A DNA stretch of 64,000 nucleotides from Candidatus Krumholzibacteriia bacterium (GTDB lineage Bacteria > Krumholzibacteriota > Krumholzibacteriia > JAJRXK01). The stretch covers positions 1 through 64,000 of the forward strand of contig JBGPIA010000019.1 in NCBI GenBank assembly GCA_041484665.1. Direction: 5' to 3'. Positions 41,750 to 53,246 of the stretch are shown here, piece after piece; position 1 is the first letter of the stretch, and the number at the start of each line of letters is the position of its first letter. Under the pieces are notes generated by a model. It made no database searches, was not told where the DNA came from, and worked only from the letters and a program-made list of their open reading frames with translations. Made by a program: the position numbers and the translations under genes.

Positions 41750-42179
41750 CCCGCAGCCGGCGTGAGAAACGTGGAACGGGTTCGTGGGCTTCGAGCCGAT
41801 CGCGCCGGGACCGACTCAGACCGGCCCGGCCAGTCTCGGAGACTTGAAGGGGCGGTTTCGTCGGGCACCGCTAGACGAGTAGGGGGTACCGACGCGACCT
41901 TCAACAGCCCGCCTTTCCCACCGGTCAACGGGCGAGCCGAGAACAGTTCGACTACCGTCCAACCCGGCGAGCCAGTTCGCGTAAAGGCCGTTGGAAGCAA
42001 CTCCAGCGGCCTGTTCAGGGTTGACGTAAGCCGCGCCAAGAAGCTTCCCCTCCTGTCGCGCCCGTCCTATGCTTGCCGCAGGCTCCCCTCAGCTCAACCC
42101 CTTGGAGATCCTGTGCGGCCCCATCCTGCGGCAGTCGGCGTCAGTTTTCTTCTTGCTGCGTTGCGTTCGACAGCCACGA

Positions 42180-42500
42180 AGGGTGCTCCTGCAATCCTGC
42201 TGGCCGCCGCTCGGGCCGGGAGCACGGGCGCCGCCACGATCACCATCAGCGCGGACAACATCTACGAGCTTTAAGTGAATGACGTGTTCATCGGCTCGGA
42301 CACTGACCCCAACTCATCCTCGAAGTCGCCTGAGACGTGGAGCCCCGATCTCCTCCGGGTTGGCGTGAACGCAGTCGCGGCATACACATGGGACGAACGC
42401 TGCAACAGCGGCATTGGCCTCATCGCGACCGTGAGAACCGACCAAGGCAAGGCGGCCGTGACCGACGGAAGGGTGGTGCGAACGGCGCCGGCCGCGCGCA
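42180..42500 (+). pseudogene. Sugar-binding (lectin/CBM-like) domain fragment with in-frame stop
   Basis: ITISADNIYEL*VNDVFIG...GVNAVAAY..GIGLIA. TAA at 42272-42274 sits where Tyr is expected. Boundaries approximate. Confidence 0.5.
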
Positions 42501-42621
42501 CACCGGACGCTGGGCCCTCCGCGGGAAACCGTCAGTCGTGGCCGACCACGGTCCTCGAGCGCGTGGATCGTCGGCGGCGCCGCCTGGCCGGGCTCGCGCT
42601 GGTCGTCCGAAACCACGACAC

Positions 42622-43899
42622 ATGAAACCGCGCGGTGAAATGACCCGCCCCGCGCTGGCAACCGCTGGCCGGGCGCGCGCGCGATGGGGGCTCGCCGCGC
42701 TGGCCACGCTGGTGGGGCTCCTCGCGGGGGAGGCGGCACTGCGCGTGCTGGGCGTCTCGCATCCGGCGTTCGGCCGGCCCGATCCTGACCTCGGGTGGGG
42801 GTACGTCCCGGGCGCCGAGGGCCGGGCCGACGATGAAGGCCAGGCCTGGGTGCGCATTAACCGCCTCGGCTATCGCGACATCGATCACTCCCCCAGCAAA
42901 CCGCCCGGCACCTTCCGGGTGGCGCTGCTGGGGGATTCCTTCACGGCCGCGTTTGAGGTTCCCTTCGAGGAATCCTGGGGCGCCCTGCTGCAACAGGAGC
43001 TCTCGGCTTGTCCGCAGCTACACGGCCGCAGCGTCGAGACGCTCAACTTCGGGGTGAGCGGCTACGGTACCGCCCAGGAGCTGCTCTGCCTGCGCCGAGA
43101 CGTCTGGCAGTTCTCACCCGACCTGGTGGTTGTGGCGTTCTGTGCGGGAAACGACCTGCGTGACAACACCCGCGCCCTGAGCGGCCCGAAGGCCCGGCCA
43201 TGGTTCACTCTGGAATCAGGCCCGGTGGACAGCCTCGTGCTGGACGATTCGTTCGCGCGGGCCACGGCCTACGCGCTCAACGCGAGCGCTCCGGCGCGCC
43301 TGCTACGCGCTGCCGTTTCCCACAGCCGGCTCTTGCAGACCGCGCGCGAGGTGAAGAACCGTCTGCGCGCGCAAGTGAGGCATGCGCGGGCGCGCGCACG
43401 GGAAGGTACGCCCACAGGCGAGGCGGCCCTGGCTACTGAGTTGGGAACCGACATCTGGATCTACGCGCCGCCGCGACAGGAGGCGTGGCAAGAGGCGTGG
43501 CGGATCACTGAACGGCTGTTGCGTGCAATTGCAAGCGAGGTGCGCGGCCATGGGGCGTCGCTCCTCGTGGTCACGACCACAAGCGGAGCCCAGGTGGCCC
43601 CGGACCTGCGCGCGCGCGCCGCGTTCCTGAGCCGCCTGCGACAGACGCTGGCGGCTTCCGATCTGCTCTACGCCGAGCGCCGGCTGGCCGCGTTCGGCGA
43701 GCGGGAACGGATAGCGGTGCTCCCTTTGGCGCCGCTCTTCCAGGAACGATCGGAACGCGACGGGACGGTCCTCCACGGGTTCGCGCGCAGCGGAACGCTG
43801 GGTGCCGGGCATTGGAACCAGGCCGGGCACCGCTTGGCGGCGGAGGTCGTGGCCCACTGGATCTGCGCGTTCCAGAGCCCCCGGACAATTGCTAGGTAA
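42622..43899 (+). CDS. SGNH/GDSL hydrolase family protein
   Basis: N-terminal transmembrane segment, LLGDSFT, NFGVSGYGT, GNDL, GHWNQAGH. Confidence 0.88.
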   Translation: MKPRGEMTRPALATAGRARARWGLAALATLVGLLAGEAALRVLGVSHPAFGRPDPDLGWGYVPGAEGRADDEGQAWVRINRLGYRDIDHSPSKPPGTFRVALLGDSFTAAFEVPFEESWGALLQQELSACPQLHGRSVETLNFGVSGYGTAQELLCLRRDVWQFSPDLVVVAFCAGNDLRDNTRALSGPKARPWFTLESGPVDSLVLDDSFARATAYALNASAPARLLRAAVSHSRLLQTAREVKNRLRAQVRHARARAREGTPTGEAALATELGTDIWIYAPPRQEAWQEAWRITERLLRAIASEVRGHGASLLVVTTTSGAQVAPDLRARAAFLSRLRQTLAASDLLYAERRLAAFGERERIAVLPLAPLFQERSERDGTVLHGFARSGTLGAGHWNQAGHRLAAEVVAHWICAFQSPRTIAR

Positions 43900-44007
43900 G
43901 AATTGACTTACCGCAGGGGCCCGCCTGACCTCTTCCCTTTGCGCAAGCAGTGTTCCGGGCTCGGTTGCAGGCTCCCGCCTCAGCTCAACTCACTTCAGGT
44001 GCTCGCC

Positions 44008-44468
44008 ATGCGGATTGCTCTCGTTCTGGTCAGCGCCTGTTTCACGGCGCTCTTGCCTGCCGCGTCCCCGGGCAACGAGATCATGTTCCAAGCGGGCTTC
44101 GAGCCTGAGTTCACCGACGCGGGCTGGAGCCTGACCAAGAACAACGGCGGCGGCTCGTGGGGCGTGGATACGGGCGTGTACCATGCCGCGCCAGGATCGC
44201 TCAGGCCGGATGGCCGTGCGGGAAACCGGTCCTGAGTCACGACATGGGCCAGCCGATGTCGGACATGGTCTTCGAGGCGTGGTTGCACATTGGGTTGGAC
44301 CCGACCAAAGAGACCTTCGTGTTGGTCTCCCCGGATCCTTCGTACGAGAGCAGGATCACCTGGCACCCGAAGATCGGCACGTCCCGCTTGAACGAACTGG
44401 TCTTCTGCTCTTGTTTGGCTACCACACTGAGGGCCTTCCGGCTGGCCGGACCCCGGCTTTTGTGGTAG
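44008..44468 (+). pseudogene. Frameshifted secreted protein remnant
   Basis: Signal peptide MRIALVLVSACF. Protein-like sequence continues in another frame after about 44225 (VLSHDMGQPMSDMVFEAW). Confidence 0.35.
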
Positions 44469-44699
44469 CCTCATTCGCCGGATGAACTGGCAGAGGATAG
44501 CTCCGCCGCTCGATCAAGGACGAAGCGATACCGATGGCGGTCCGGCAGGTTCGCTTCCGCCGGTCGCAATACCTACGAGGTCGCACCGCCTTCGGGTTGG
44601 GCCTTGCCGTCCATTATACAAGCAATCCAACAACATCGGCACCTCGGCAGAATCTACTCAGCACGTTTCTTGTAGAAGCGTGCGAAAGGAACGGCAGGG

Positions 44700-45554
44700 A
44701 TGGGCAAGGGAGTTCTGGACGACCGCCTGCACATGCGCGACCTGCTGCGCTCCGACATCAATCATGAACGGCCAGACAAGGGAGGGAAGGCACTCTTTGA
44801 CCTCGTTGGCGATCTGCGAGGCAAGACGATCCTCGACCTGGGCTGCGGCCTGGCCCCGTATCGATCGGTGATTGAAGAGAAAGGAGCTACTTGGGTGGGG
44901 TGCGACCTCACCGGAGGTGTCTGCACCGTGATCGCCGATGCGGGCCGACTTCCGTTTCGCAGTGAAAGTTTCGATGGAGTCCTCTCCGCCGCCGTCCTCG
45001 AGCATCTTCCGGAACCAGGATGGTCATTGGACGAGGTGCGTCGCGTGCTCCGTCCTTCAGGAAAGCTGTTCGGTTACGTTGCCTTCCTCGAACCGTTGCA
45101 CGGGATGTCATACTTTCACATGTCGCACTTGGGTCTGGAGTACTTGCTGCTCAGACATGGGTTCCGTGTTGAGCGGCTTTACCCGTCCCATAACGTGCTT
45201 TCCTACCAGCTTGAGCAGATTCTCTTCCCCAAGCCGCTGCCGGTGATCCAACCCCTGGTGAGAGCCATCGCCCGCGTCTGGGCACAGGGCCTGCTCTTCC
45301 TGAACCGAGTTGGCCGGGGGGTCCTAATGGTTCTACGCCGGGTGCCGCGCGAACGGCGCCGGGAGGAGGCTAGGGAGTACCGGATGCTTCAGGCGATGCG
45401 CTTTGCAATTGGTTTCAATTTCATCTCGGTGCGGAGCGATCCGATGGTGGTCGCCCAGGCTGGCTATCGCGCCCTGCTCAAAGGCGATCAGACGTGGCAC
45501 GTCAGTTCGCCCGGGACGAGAGCGATGGCGAAAAGCGCACGCCAGGGGGCGTGA
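44700..45554 (+). CDS. Class I SAM-dependent methyltransferase
   Basis: ILDLGCG, ADAGRLPFRSESFDGV, VLEHL, RVLRPSG. Confidence 0.9.
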   Translation: MGKGVLDDRLHMRDLLRSDINHERPDKGGKALFDLVGDLRGKTILDLGCGLAPYRSVIEEKGATWVGCDLTGGVCTVIADAGRLPFRSESFDGVLSAAVLEHLPEPGWSLDEVRRVLRPSGKLFGYVAFLEPLHGMSYFHMSHLGLEYLLLRHGFRVERLYPSHNVLSYQLEQILFPKPLPVIQPLVRAIARVWAQGLLFLNRVGRGVLMVLRRVPRERRREEAREYRMLQAMRFAIGFNFISVRSDPMVVAQAGYRALLKGDQTWHVSSPGTRAMAKSARQGA

Positions 45555-45569
45555 TTCCACGGTGATGAG

Positions 45570-45960
45570 GAACGACCTTGCCTATGTGGCCTTGCGGCGA
45601 GGTCCGGCCCTCATCAGCGCCCGCGGCCACAAGTACCGCCGTGTCATCTGACGAGCCGGCGTCCTGGAGCTGGCGGGCGAATCCGCGCCGCACCTACGCG
45701 TCGTGCCGATCGACACCCAGCGTGAACCCACGACCACGGCGCTGGCCGACCGCATCCTCGCCGCGCTGAAGGCTGCCGCCGCGTCCCTGGGTCGGGACGC
45801 TCTACGCCGGAGGACGTGCACACGCAGCGCAAGGCTTGGCGAGGCGCTGGCGCGCCTGCGCGCCGAGGACCGCATCGAGCGCCGCGACGGAGGCTTCGCG
45901 CCCGAGCAGCCCATACCCGTACGCACTACTACGCTGAGGCCGGAACGGAACAGGGAAGTA
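45570..45960 (+). pseudogene. Degenerate 3' end of a mobile-element ATPase with wHTH
   Basis: LADRILAAL..GRDALRR..LGEALARL..RIER looks like a winged helix. Preceded by an in-frame stop. Confidence 0.3.
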
Positions 45961-46352
45961 TCCCTTCGGGCAACCCATGTTGAGGTGAGGCTGCGCGCCT
46001 GAGACTGTCGGGCACCCCTACGAGGAGGTGTCCGATGAGCTCGAGGAAGTCGTCGCTGGCCGGACGCACCCGATCACCCACCTGCGGGCGGGGCGGGCAA
46101 GGCCGGTAACGCTGCCCGGGAGGCGTCAGGAAGAAGACCTTGGCTCCTACGCCTGCGGCCGTGACGCTCCAATGCGTCGAGCCCTGCAGGGGTGAGGCCT
46201 GGCTGAGTGCGGTGAGTGCGTGGTGAGCCTCGCTCCCGGTTCGTCCTCGTCGTTCGCGTCGGTCGCATTCCTCCGGGGGCTGGGCTGCACGGTCCCTCCC
46301 TCAAGGGTGAGGAGGGCCCGGCCAGCCCGGACGCCTCCTCGGAGGAAACACT

Positions 46353-47339
46353 ATGGACGCAAACGACGCGAGAAGACTTACCGAGCAGGCATTCGAGGAA
46401 CTACGCACCGCACTCGCTGCTGGACGCAGTGACGCGCTCACGCGCGTGCTCGCCGCGATGGCGCGCTTTCACCGCTACAGCGCGCGCAACGTGGTGCTGA
46501 TACTCGCCCAGCAGCCCGCGGCGACGCAGGTCGCGGGGTTTTCCACGTGGCGCAAGCTAGGACGGACCGTGAGGCGCGGGGAGCGCGGGATCGCGATTCT
46601 CGCACCCCTACGCTACCGGCACCCGGCGGGGCGCGCTGGCGCGGACGGGAATGTGCCCGAGGGTGCTCGGGCGCCGCCCGGAAGCGTACGTGATGAAGAC
46701 GCTGGCGCGAGCCTTGTCGAAGCGTGCAACGAGAGCGTGGCGGTCGCGGACGTGGAGCGCCCGGGTGGGTTCCGGGTCGCGTACGTCTTCGACGTATTGC
46801 AGACGGACGGCGCGCCCTTGCCGGCGATGGTGCAGGTCGCGGGTGATCCCGGCGCGTACACGCAGGCGCTCAAGAGCGTTCTTGCGCGTTGTGGCATACG
46901 CCTCGAGTACACGCCGGCCGCGTTGTACGGTGCGCTGGGCACGTCCCGTGGCGGCGCCATCACCGTCATGGCTGGGCAGACGTCGGCTGCCGAGTTCAGC
47001 GTGCTCGTGCACGAGCTCGCGCATGAACTCCTCCACCACGCGGCCGACTCGCCCAAGAACCGCACGGTCGTAGAAACCGAGGCGGAAGCCGTGGCGCACG
47101 TCGTCTGCACCGCCCTCGGCCTGAGCGTGGGCACGGCCAGCAGCGACTACATCAACCTCTACCACGGAATCGCGGACACGCTGGCCGCGTCGCTCGCGCG
47201 CATCCAATCAACGGCCGCGCAGCTTCTCCGCGAACTCGAACTGGGCGACGACGTTCGCGGCTTGCCGGCGCGAAGCGGGGAGGGGTGTGCCCCGCGCAAC
47301 GTGCGAGGCCGGGACGCCCGGGTACCGGTCCCGACGTGA
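46353..47339 (+). CDS. ardC: ArdC-like ssDNA-binding antirestriction protein with zincin-like domain
   Basis: FHRYSARNVVLI, VAGFSTWRKLGRTVRRGE, YVFDVLQT, HELAHELLH, ETEAE. GGAGG RBS. Confidence 0.85.
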   Translation: MDANDARRLTEQAFEELRTALAAGRSDALTRVLAAMARFHRYSARNVVLILAQQPAATQVAGFSTWRKLGRTVRRGERGIAILAPLRYRHPAGRAGADGNVPEGARAPPGSVRDEDAGASLVEACNESVAVADVERPGGFRVAYVFDVLQTDGAPLPAMVQVAGDPGAYTQALKSVLARCGIRLEYTPAALYGALGTSRGGAITVMAGQTSAAEFSVLVHELAHELLHHAADSPKNRTVVETEAEAVAHVVCTALGLSVGTASSDYINLYHGIADTLAASLARIQSTAAQLLRELELGDDVRGLPARSGEGCAPRNVRGRDARVPVPT

Positions 47340-48352
47340 GCCGGACGGAGCGAAGCGCGCGGCGACCTCGCTGGCAGCGCGTCAAGCGCTGCGCGCCCCA
47401 TGCCGAGTCAGCGCTGCTCCGTCTGGAAACGCCGCGCCCCGGCCAGCAAAGCCGACCGGGGCGGGAGCCACTCTTCTCATTCCTGCGCCACGGCGCGATA
47501 TGCCCGGGGCCAAGACGTCCAACCAATCCTAGTGGCATAGGCCGATCCCCTACCCGCGACTCCACGAACATGTGAATCCCTCGGGCTGGCATGCAGTGCG
47601 AACAAATTCTGGGGGGAAGCCAGTCGCGGATTGCGTCTCTGCTGTTGGGAGTCGTTCGCGAACCCGGACTGCGCGACAGTCAGCGCGCGAAGCCTCGACC
47701 GCTGAGCGCCGGGAGTGCAGCAGGGTCGCGGCTACACTGACGGAAGGGAGAGGCATGCCGTCGCGACCCCCGCCACCGGCGCCGCCCGCACCTGTCCGCG
47801 GCCACTACGGACCCCCGCGCGTGCACGCGCTCGTACACGCAGGCGAGCGCAACCCGTCGCTTCCTCGAGGGGTACGCACGTCGCGTGAGCGCGCACCCCC
47901 AGGACCTCACGAATCCTCCATCGAGGACGAGCCATCAAGCAGACCACTGCTCGCACGTAGTGCGGAACGGCCGACTGACGTTCCTCGCCGCTGTCGCGCC
48001 TCCAGCACGAAGCCCCATCGCACTGGGCCAGGCCACCGAAAGCTATATGAAGTCGTGACGCGCGCACGTCCTGCAGTGGACACGACGCATAGGCTTGGTA
48101 ACGGGCAGCACGCCGCTCGCGCGCGTCAGACGCTTACGCACCTCCGCAGACGCGGCGGAGCAAGTCGGTGCGGGCGTCGGGCGACGGCTCGTGTTCCGGA
48201 CGTCACACGCCTCGCGGCCGTGCGGTCGGAAACCGTGTCAGCGGCGGTCGAGGCTGCGCGTTGGCAGGAGGAGCCATCACGCAGACCAGCACCCTGGAAA
48301 ACCGGCGCGTGCGCGCGCCCATCAGCCACCCGCAACTCTACGGAGGACTAAG

Positions 48353-49885
48353 ATGTCACGAACTTCAGTCCACCATGCTTGGCGCGTCCTACACGGCAGC
48401 CTCACGCTCGCCTGTGTGGGCTTAGCGCTCCCACTGTGTGCGATGGCGACGCATTCCCACGTGGGCAGTTCACCCTTCCCACCCCCGGATCAGGAAGACA
48501 CCCGGTTCATCCGGGACGTCAGCCCCGGCCTGGACCGCGGCTGCACGTACCGAGACTTCGGCCCACGCATCATCCAAGTAGGCATCACCCGGTACGTCGG
48601 CATGGTCGACGGTAACGGCAACCTCCAGAACGCCCAGCAGCTCAGAGACAATGGCGTTGTCTCCGCGAAGGCGACGATTCGCCTCCCAGCGTTCGACATC
48701 GATGAGCACGCCAATCCCCCGGGGCTGGCACCTGAGCAAGACCGCATCACGTTCAACGGGCATGACCTCGGCTTTCTCTCAGGCGACAACAACGTGTGGA
48801 AGCTCAACGAGTTCGAGGTACCTATCGAATGGGTGAAGTTCCCCGCACGCGGCGCAGACGGGGCACTCCCCTCCGAAACCTTGAACGAGGTGCGCATCGA
48901 CATCGACGTGGGCAATGCCGCATCGGGACAGTTCGTGTGGTGCATGGACGTCGACTGGGTTGAAATCGAATTCCAAGCCATGGCACCCCTTCTCTTGGTG
49001 CATGGCACGGCTGCGCAGTCAGACTCGTGGGACGGCGCCGTCGTGAACCGCCTCGAGAATCAGCGAATCCCGTACAGCCGCGCCATCAACATGCCCCAAG
49101 GCGGGAACGGGACGATCGACGGGAACGCACAATTCCTCCGCGGTCGCGTCGAAGCACTCGCGAAGAGCTTCGGCGCGAAGAAGATACACCTCGTCTGCCA
49201 CAGCAAGGGCGGCCTGGACAGCAGGCGCTTCCTCGGCACCCACGCTGGAGGCTTGGACGTGGAAATCCTATCTCTCTATACGATCGACACACCGCATGGA
49301 GGCACGGTGGTGTCGGACCTGGCAGTAGCGCGGCGCAACCTCAACGACCCGCACACGGTGGATCCCGTCATCCAAGACTTCTGGAACGCTGACCGACTCG
49401 CCGGGATTGTCGACATCTTCCTGAACCTACCACACGACCCAGCACTCAGCGAGCAGACCGTGGCGCACATGGCAGACTTCAACGACGACAACCCATACAC
49501 TAGCAGCGCGTTGTTCTACAACTTCGCAGCCGACGCCGACCTAAACGGGAACCGCCACATCGAAGCAGCCGAGGCCTCCCCCACGATTCGCGTGTTCTCG
49601 GAACGCATCGGCTCGCTGATGTACCGGGTCCTGGGCACCATGGCAGGCGTCAGCGTCGTGCGCCGCACGAACCTGTGGGGACTGAACGAATGGCACGACG
49701 TCACCGCCATCCCGACGACGAGCTTCCAGGAGAATGACCTCGTCGTCACCACCCGGAGCGCACGACACGCCGCAGGCTCCCTCCTGGGAGGAGTGCAGGA
49801 CGCGAATCACAGCAGCATCAAGAACACCGAGGTGACGGACATGATCCTCACCCGGATCCGCGCGGACTTCCCCGTGCGTGAGTAG
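48353..49885 (+). CDS. Secreted alpha/beta hydrolase (lipase-like) with N-terminal beta domain
   Basis: GGAGG RBS, signal peptide, LLVHG, CHSKGG elbow, TPHGG, ENDLVV, ANH. Confidence 0.85.
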   Translation: MSRTSVHHAWRVLHGSLTLACVGLALPLCAMATHSHVGSSPFPPPDQEDTRFIRDVSPGLDRGCTYRDFGPRIIQVGITRYVGMVDGNGNLQNAQQLRDNGVVSAKATIRLPAFDIDEHANPPGLAPEQDRITFNGHDLGFLSGDNNVWKLNEFEVPIEWVKFPARGADGALPSETLNEVRIDIDVGNAASGQFVWCMDVDWVEIEFQAMAPLLLVHGTAAQSDSWDGAVVNRLENQRIPYSRAINMPQGGNGTIDGNAQFLRGRVEALAKSFGAKKIHLVCHSKGGLDSRRFLGTHAGGLDVEILSLYTIDTPHGGTVVSDLAVARRNLNDPHTVDPVIQDFWNADRLAGIVDIFLNLPHDPALSEQTVAHMADFNDDNPYTSSALFYNFAADADLNGNRHIEAAEASPTIRVFSERIGSLMYRVLGTMAGVSVVRRTNLWGLNEWHDVTAIPTTSFQENDLVVTTRSARHAAGSLLGGVQDANHSSIKNTEVTDMILTRIRADFPVRE

Positions 49886-49896
49886 GAACGCTCCCT

Positions 49897-50607
49897 GTGC
49901 GCCACGTCTCCCGGAGAAAGCGGATCCTTGTCGTGGGCTGCATCCTCGGATTCATCCTCGTCCTGCTGTACAAGGTGAACCATGAGGGGTGCTTCCGTAC
50001 GACGCAGGGCGGCGTGATAAGCGTCGATACAACGCAAATCGGCGCGAGCATCACTCCACCACGCGTCTACTACGCCAATGACGAGACGCGCCACGTGCTG
50101 ATAACCAACAGCAGACCTGATGCGCCTGGTGAAGCAGTGCTGGCCCTAGAAGTAGCCCTCCAGACCGGTGGCACACGCACGTTACAGGTGGACCCGGAGA
50201 CACGCGGCGGTGTGAAGGTAACTGCCGACGGCCAGCGCAGCGAGCGTGACGGGAACACCCAGACGTTGACTGACGGAACCGGGAGAAGTGTGGCACGGCA
50301 GGAATTCACAGGCGTGCACGTACGGTGGCCCGTCTACTACGTGTTGAGCTTCCCGGAACCACGCGCGACAGGGTGGGCGTGGGTGGACCGCTATACGGGG
50401 ACCATTCGCGTATCACTCGGTGGGGCGAAGGACGCTACAATGGCAACCATCCAGCGCCACGTGGTCAACGCGCGCTACGTCCCGGCACTCTCTGACATCG
50501 GAGCCTGGACGCCCGACGGGGAGTACTTCATCGTGCGCGATTCTGGGAAGGGTTGTTCTACCGTGCTGGTCCTCCAGCACGCCACAAGCGAAGGAGAATC
50601 GCAATGA
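49897..50607 (+). CDS. Membrane-anchored hypothetical protein
   Basis: Basic N-terminus plus a transmembrane helix. Starts 11 bp after the lipase; stop overlaps the next ATG (ATGA). Confidence 0.7.
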   Translation: MRHVSRRKRILVVGCILGFILVLLYKVNHEGCFRTTQGGVISVDTTQIGASITPPRVYYANDETRHVLITNSRPDAPGEAVLALEVALQTGGTRTLQVDPETRGGVKVTADGQRSERDGNTQTLTDGTGRSVARQEFTGVHVRWPVYYVLSFPEPRATGWAWVDRYTGTIRVSLGGAKDATMATIQRHVVNARYVPALSDIGAWTPDGEYFIVRDSGKGCSTVLVLQHATSEGESQ

Positions 50608-53099
50608 CACGCACACTGCGCACTACGTGCGCATTACTCGTCACAGCCCTCGCCTGCTCGGCTGGCGGGGCGACGCCTGCGACTGCTCGGGAAGCGTCGC
50701 TGCAGCTCGAGCTGCTCCCCGTCCAGTCCTTCAGCGCCGTCCTCACACCAGCCCAGCCCGTCGCCACCGTACCGATTACGGTGGACGCGAATGCCCTGGT
50801 CGTCGTGTCGTCCACGTCACGTGAGCTTCAGCCCGCCCTCGTCAGTCCAACGGGTGAGCGCTTCGCCTTCGGAGAGCCGCTTCGGCGGGGCGTGGCATCA
50901 GAGGCGATCCCAGACCCTGCCCAGCCCGGAATCACGGGGGTGAACTACTACTTCACGTTGGAAGGGGCGGAATCCGGGAACTGGGCGATCGAGGTTAGCC
51001 AGCAAGGCGGCGTGCAGGCCAACGTGGAGCTCTCTTGCGACGTCATCTACGAGAGCGCGCGTGCGGCAAGTCTCCTGGGTACGGGAGAAACGTACCCTGT
51101 CGGCGCGAACGTAAACCTCGGCTTCGTCCTCACGAACGGCACAAGCCTGGCCACCGGGCTCAACCCCACCGGTCGCTTGTTCAAGATCGACGACCCCACC
51201 TTTCCAGACACGGAAGTCGCATTCGCGGACGCAGACGGGGACGCCGTGTACACCCTCACCTTCGTGCCGGCCCAGCCGGGCGAGTACCAAGTGAACGCGC
51301 GCGCAACCGCGACCGACGCAGGAGTGCCGTACGCTCGTACAGCAGGCGGGCGCTTCCTTGTCGTAAGCCAAGCAGGAACGCTCGATGGCAGCTTCCATGA
51401 CCGCAGCATCGACGACGACGCAGACACCCGCATCGACCGTATCGGCGTCGCGCCGGGAGCAAGCGTGATTGAACCTGGAACGTTCCTCGTCACCCTCATC
51501 CTGACAGGCGGGAACGGCCGCCAACTGCAAGCAACCGTCGCGCAGGACCTCAGTGCCGGCACGTCATTCCCCGAGGTGCACTTCGACGCGCGCGAAGTAG
51601 GACGCGTCCTAGGTGACGGCCCGTACGCAGTATCCGTCGCGCGCCTAGAACGGAAACGAAGTGACGGAGCGGTCGTGCAGGACGAGAAATACGACCTCGG
51701 CCTGACCGCCGCGTACCGCGCAGCAGACTTCGCCCGCGACCCTATCATCCTCGTCGGGAATCCGGACGCGTTCGGAACGGACGTAAATGCAAACCAGCGC
51801 TTCGACCTCCTCTCAGTGCAGCTGCACCTTGACCTCCTCACCAGTGCCGGTTACTCGTGGAGCGCGCGCCTAGTCGACCCGCACGGGACCGAACTGGGCT
51901 TCACAACCGGTAGCGCGTCCCTGACTGCGGGCAGCCAGACCATCGCGCTCAACTTCCCGGGGGAGCCGATCGGCGCGAACGGGGTCGACGGCCCGTACGA
52001 CATCCGCAGTTTCATCATCTTCGGCGGCGGGGAGTCCCTCATCGCGAATTCCGCCGGCTTCACCCCATTCTTCAGCGCGTCACAATTCGAGGGATTCGTC
52101 AACCCCGACGTGACACCGCCGGTACTAGCCGTAACGCTGAGCCCCACCGAGTTGTGGCCGCCCAACCACGGACTCGTCGAGATCACTCCGACCGTCGTGG
52201 TCGTGGACGACTTCGACCCCCACCCTGCCGTCGCGCTCGAAGCAATCCAGAGCAGCGAAGGCGATGACATGACAGGGGACGGGCACACCACGAACGACAT
52301 CCAGGTCGACCCGCAAGGACGCATCTTCCTGCGCGCCGAGCGTGCCGGGGGAGCCACCGGACGCGTGTACACGCTCACCTACCGCGCGTCAGACGCGACC
52401 GGGAACGCGACGACCGTCGACGCGCGCGTCATGGTTCCCCACGACCGCAAAGGCGGAGGCGGAAGGAGTACGACCAGGAAGCAGACCGGGGACGAAGGGA
52501 TGCTCGCCGTTGCAGCGACAAGCGCAAGCTTCGTACACACGGGAGACCTGGTGAGCGTGCGGTGGGCCACCGCGCACACGGTGGGGCGCGTGAGCGCCAA
52601 CGCACGACTGCGCGACCAGAAATCAGGGGCAGAAACCCCCGTCGCCGCGGAGGCTGAAGGTCAGGACTGGGAAACGTGGGCGATGCAGGAGCTTCCGGGA
52701 GGCGTGTACGACGTGCTAGTCAGCATCCACGACGATCGCCCCGGCCCGCCCACGGAGGTCGTGGCGGGCGCGCTGCGCCTCCAGGGAGGCAAAGAGGGAA
52801 CAGGCGTGCCAGGAGCGACGCTCCTACACGGACCGTTCCCAAACCCCTTCAACCCCCAAACCACGCTGGAACTCGCACTCGCAGCCGACGCGGACGTAAC
52901 GCTCGTCGTGTACGACGTGGCAGGCCGCGTCGTGCGCCATCTCACGTCCGGACGGCTGCCTGCGGGAACGCACACCGTGGTGTGGGACGGCAGTGACGAT
53001 ACGGGCACACCAGTGTCCTCGGGCACCTACATCACCAGGCTCACCCTTGACGGGAAGGCGGTACGCGGTGCCGAACGACGACTCGTACTTGTCAGGTAG
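50604..53099 (+). CDS. Secreted multi-Ig protein with FlgD-Ig C-terminal domain
   Basis: Signal peptide, beta-rich repeats, LWPPNH..LRAER domain, and PNPFNPQT..YDVAGRVV..WDG. Confidence 0.85.
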   Translation: MTRTLRTTCALLVTALACSAGGATPATAREASLQLELLPVQSFSAVLTPAQPVATVPITVDANALVVVSSTSRELQPALVSPTGERFAFGEPLRRGVASEAIPDPAQPGITGVNYYFTLEGAESGNWAIEVSQQGGVQANVELSCDVIYESARAASLLGTGETYPVGANVNLGFVLTNGTSLATGLNPTGRLFKIDDPTFPDTEVAFADADGDAVYTLTFVPAQPGEYQVNARATATDAGVPYARTAGGRFLVVSQAGTLDGSFHDRSIDDDADTRIDRIGVAPGASVIEPGTFLVTLILTGGNGRQLQATVAQDLSAGTSFPEVHFDAREVGRVLGDGPYAVSVARLERKRSDGAVVQDEKYDLGLTAAYRAADFARDPIILVGNPDAFGTDVNANQRFDLLSVQLHLDLLTSAGYSWSARLVDPHGTELGFTTGSASLTAGSQTIALNFPGEPIGANGVDGPYDIRSFIIFGGGESLIANSAGFTPFFSASQFEGFVNPDVTPPVLAVTLSPTELWPPNHGLVEITPTVVVVDDFDPHPAVALEAIQSSEGDDMTGDGHTTNDIQVDPQGRIFLRAERAGGATGRVYTLTYRASDATGNATTVDARVMVPHDRKGGGGRSTTRKQTGDEGMLAVAATSASFVHTGDLVSVRWATAHTVGRVSANARLRDQKSGAETPVAAEAEGQDWETWAMQELPGGVYDVLVSIHDDRPGPPTEVVAGALRLQGGKEGTGVPGATLLHGPFPNPFNPQTTLELALAADADVTLVVYDVAGRVVRHLTSGRLPAGTHTVVWDGSDDTGTPVSSGTYITRLTLDGKAVRGAERRLVLVR

Positions 53100-53246
53100 T
53101 CCAGGCCGGGACGAAGAATCCACGCACGCAGACCGCCGACGTGCTGGGGATTATGGTGGGGACACCCGCCCGTACTGCTGGCACGCCACGGGCTTGCCTG
53201 GGCGGGGGGTTGTGCCCAGCCCGAACGGCGTAGGCTCGGCAGTGTC

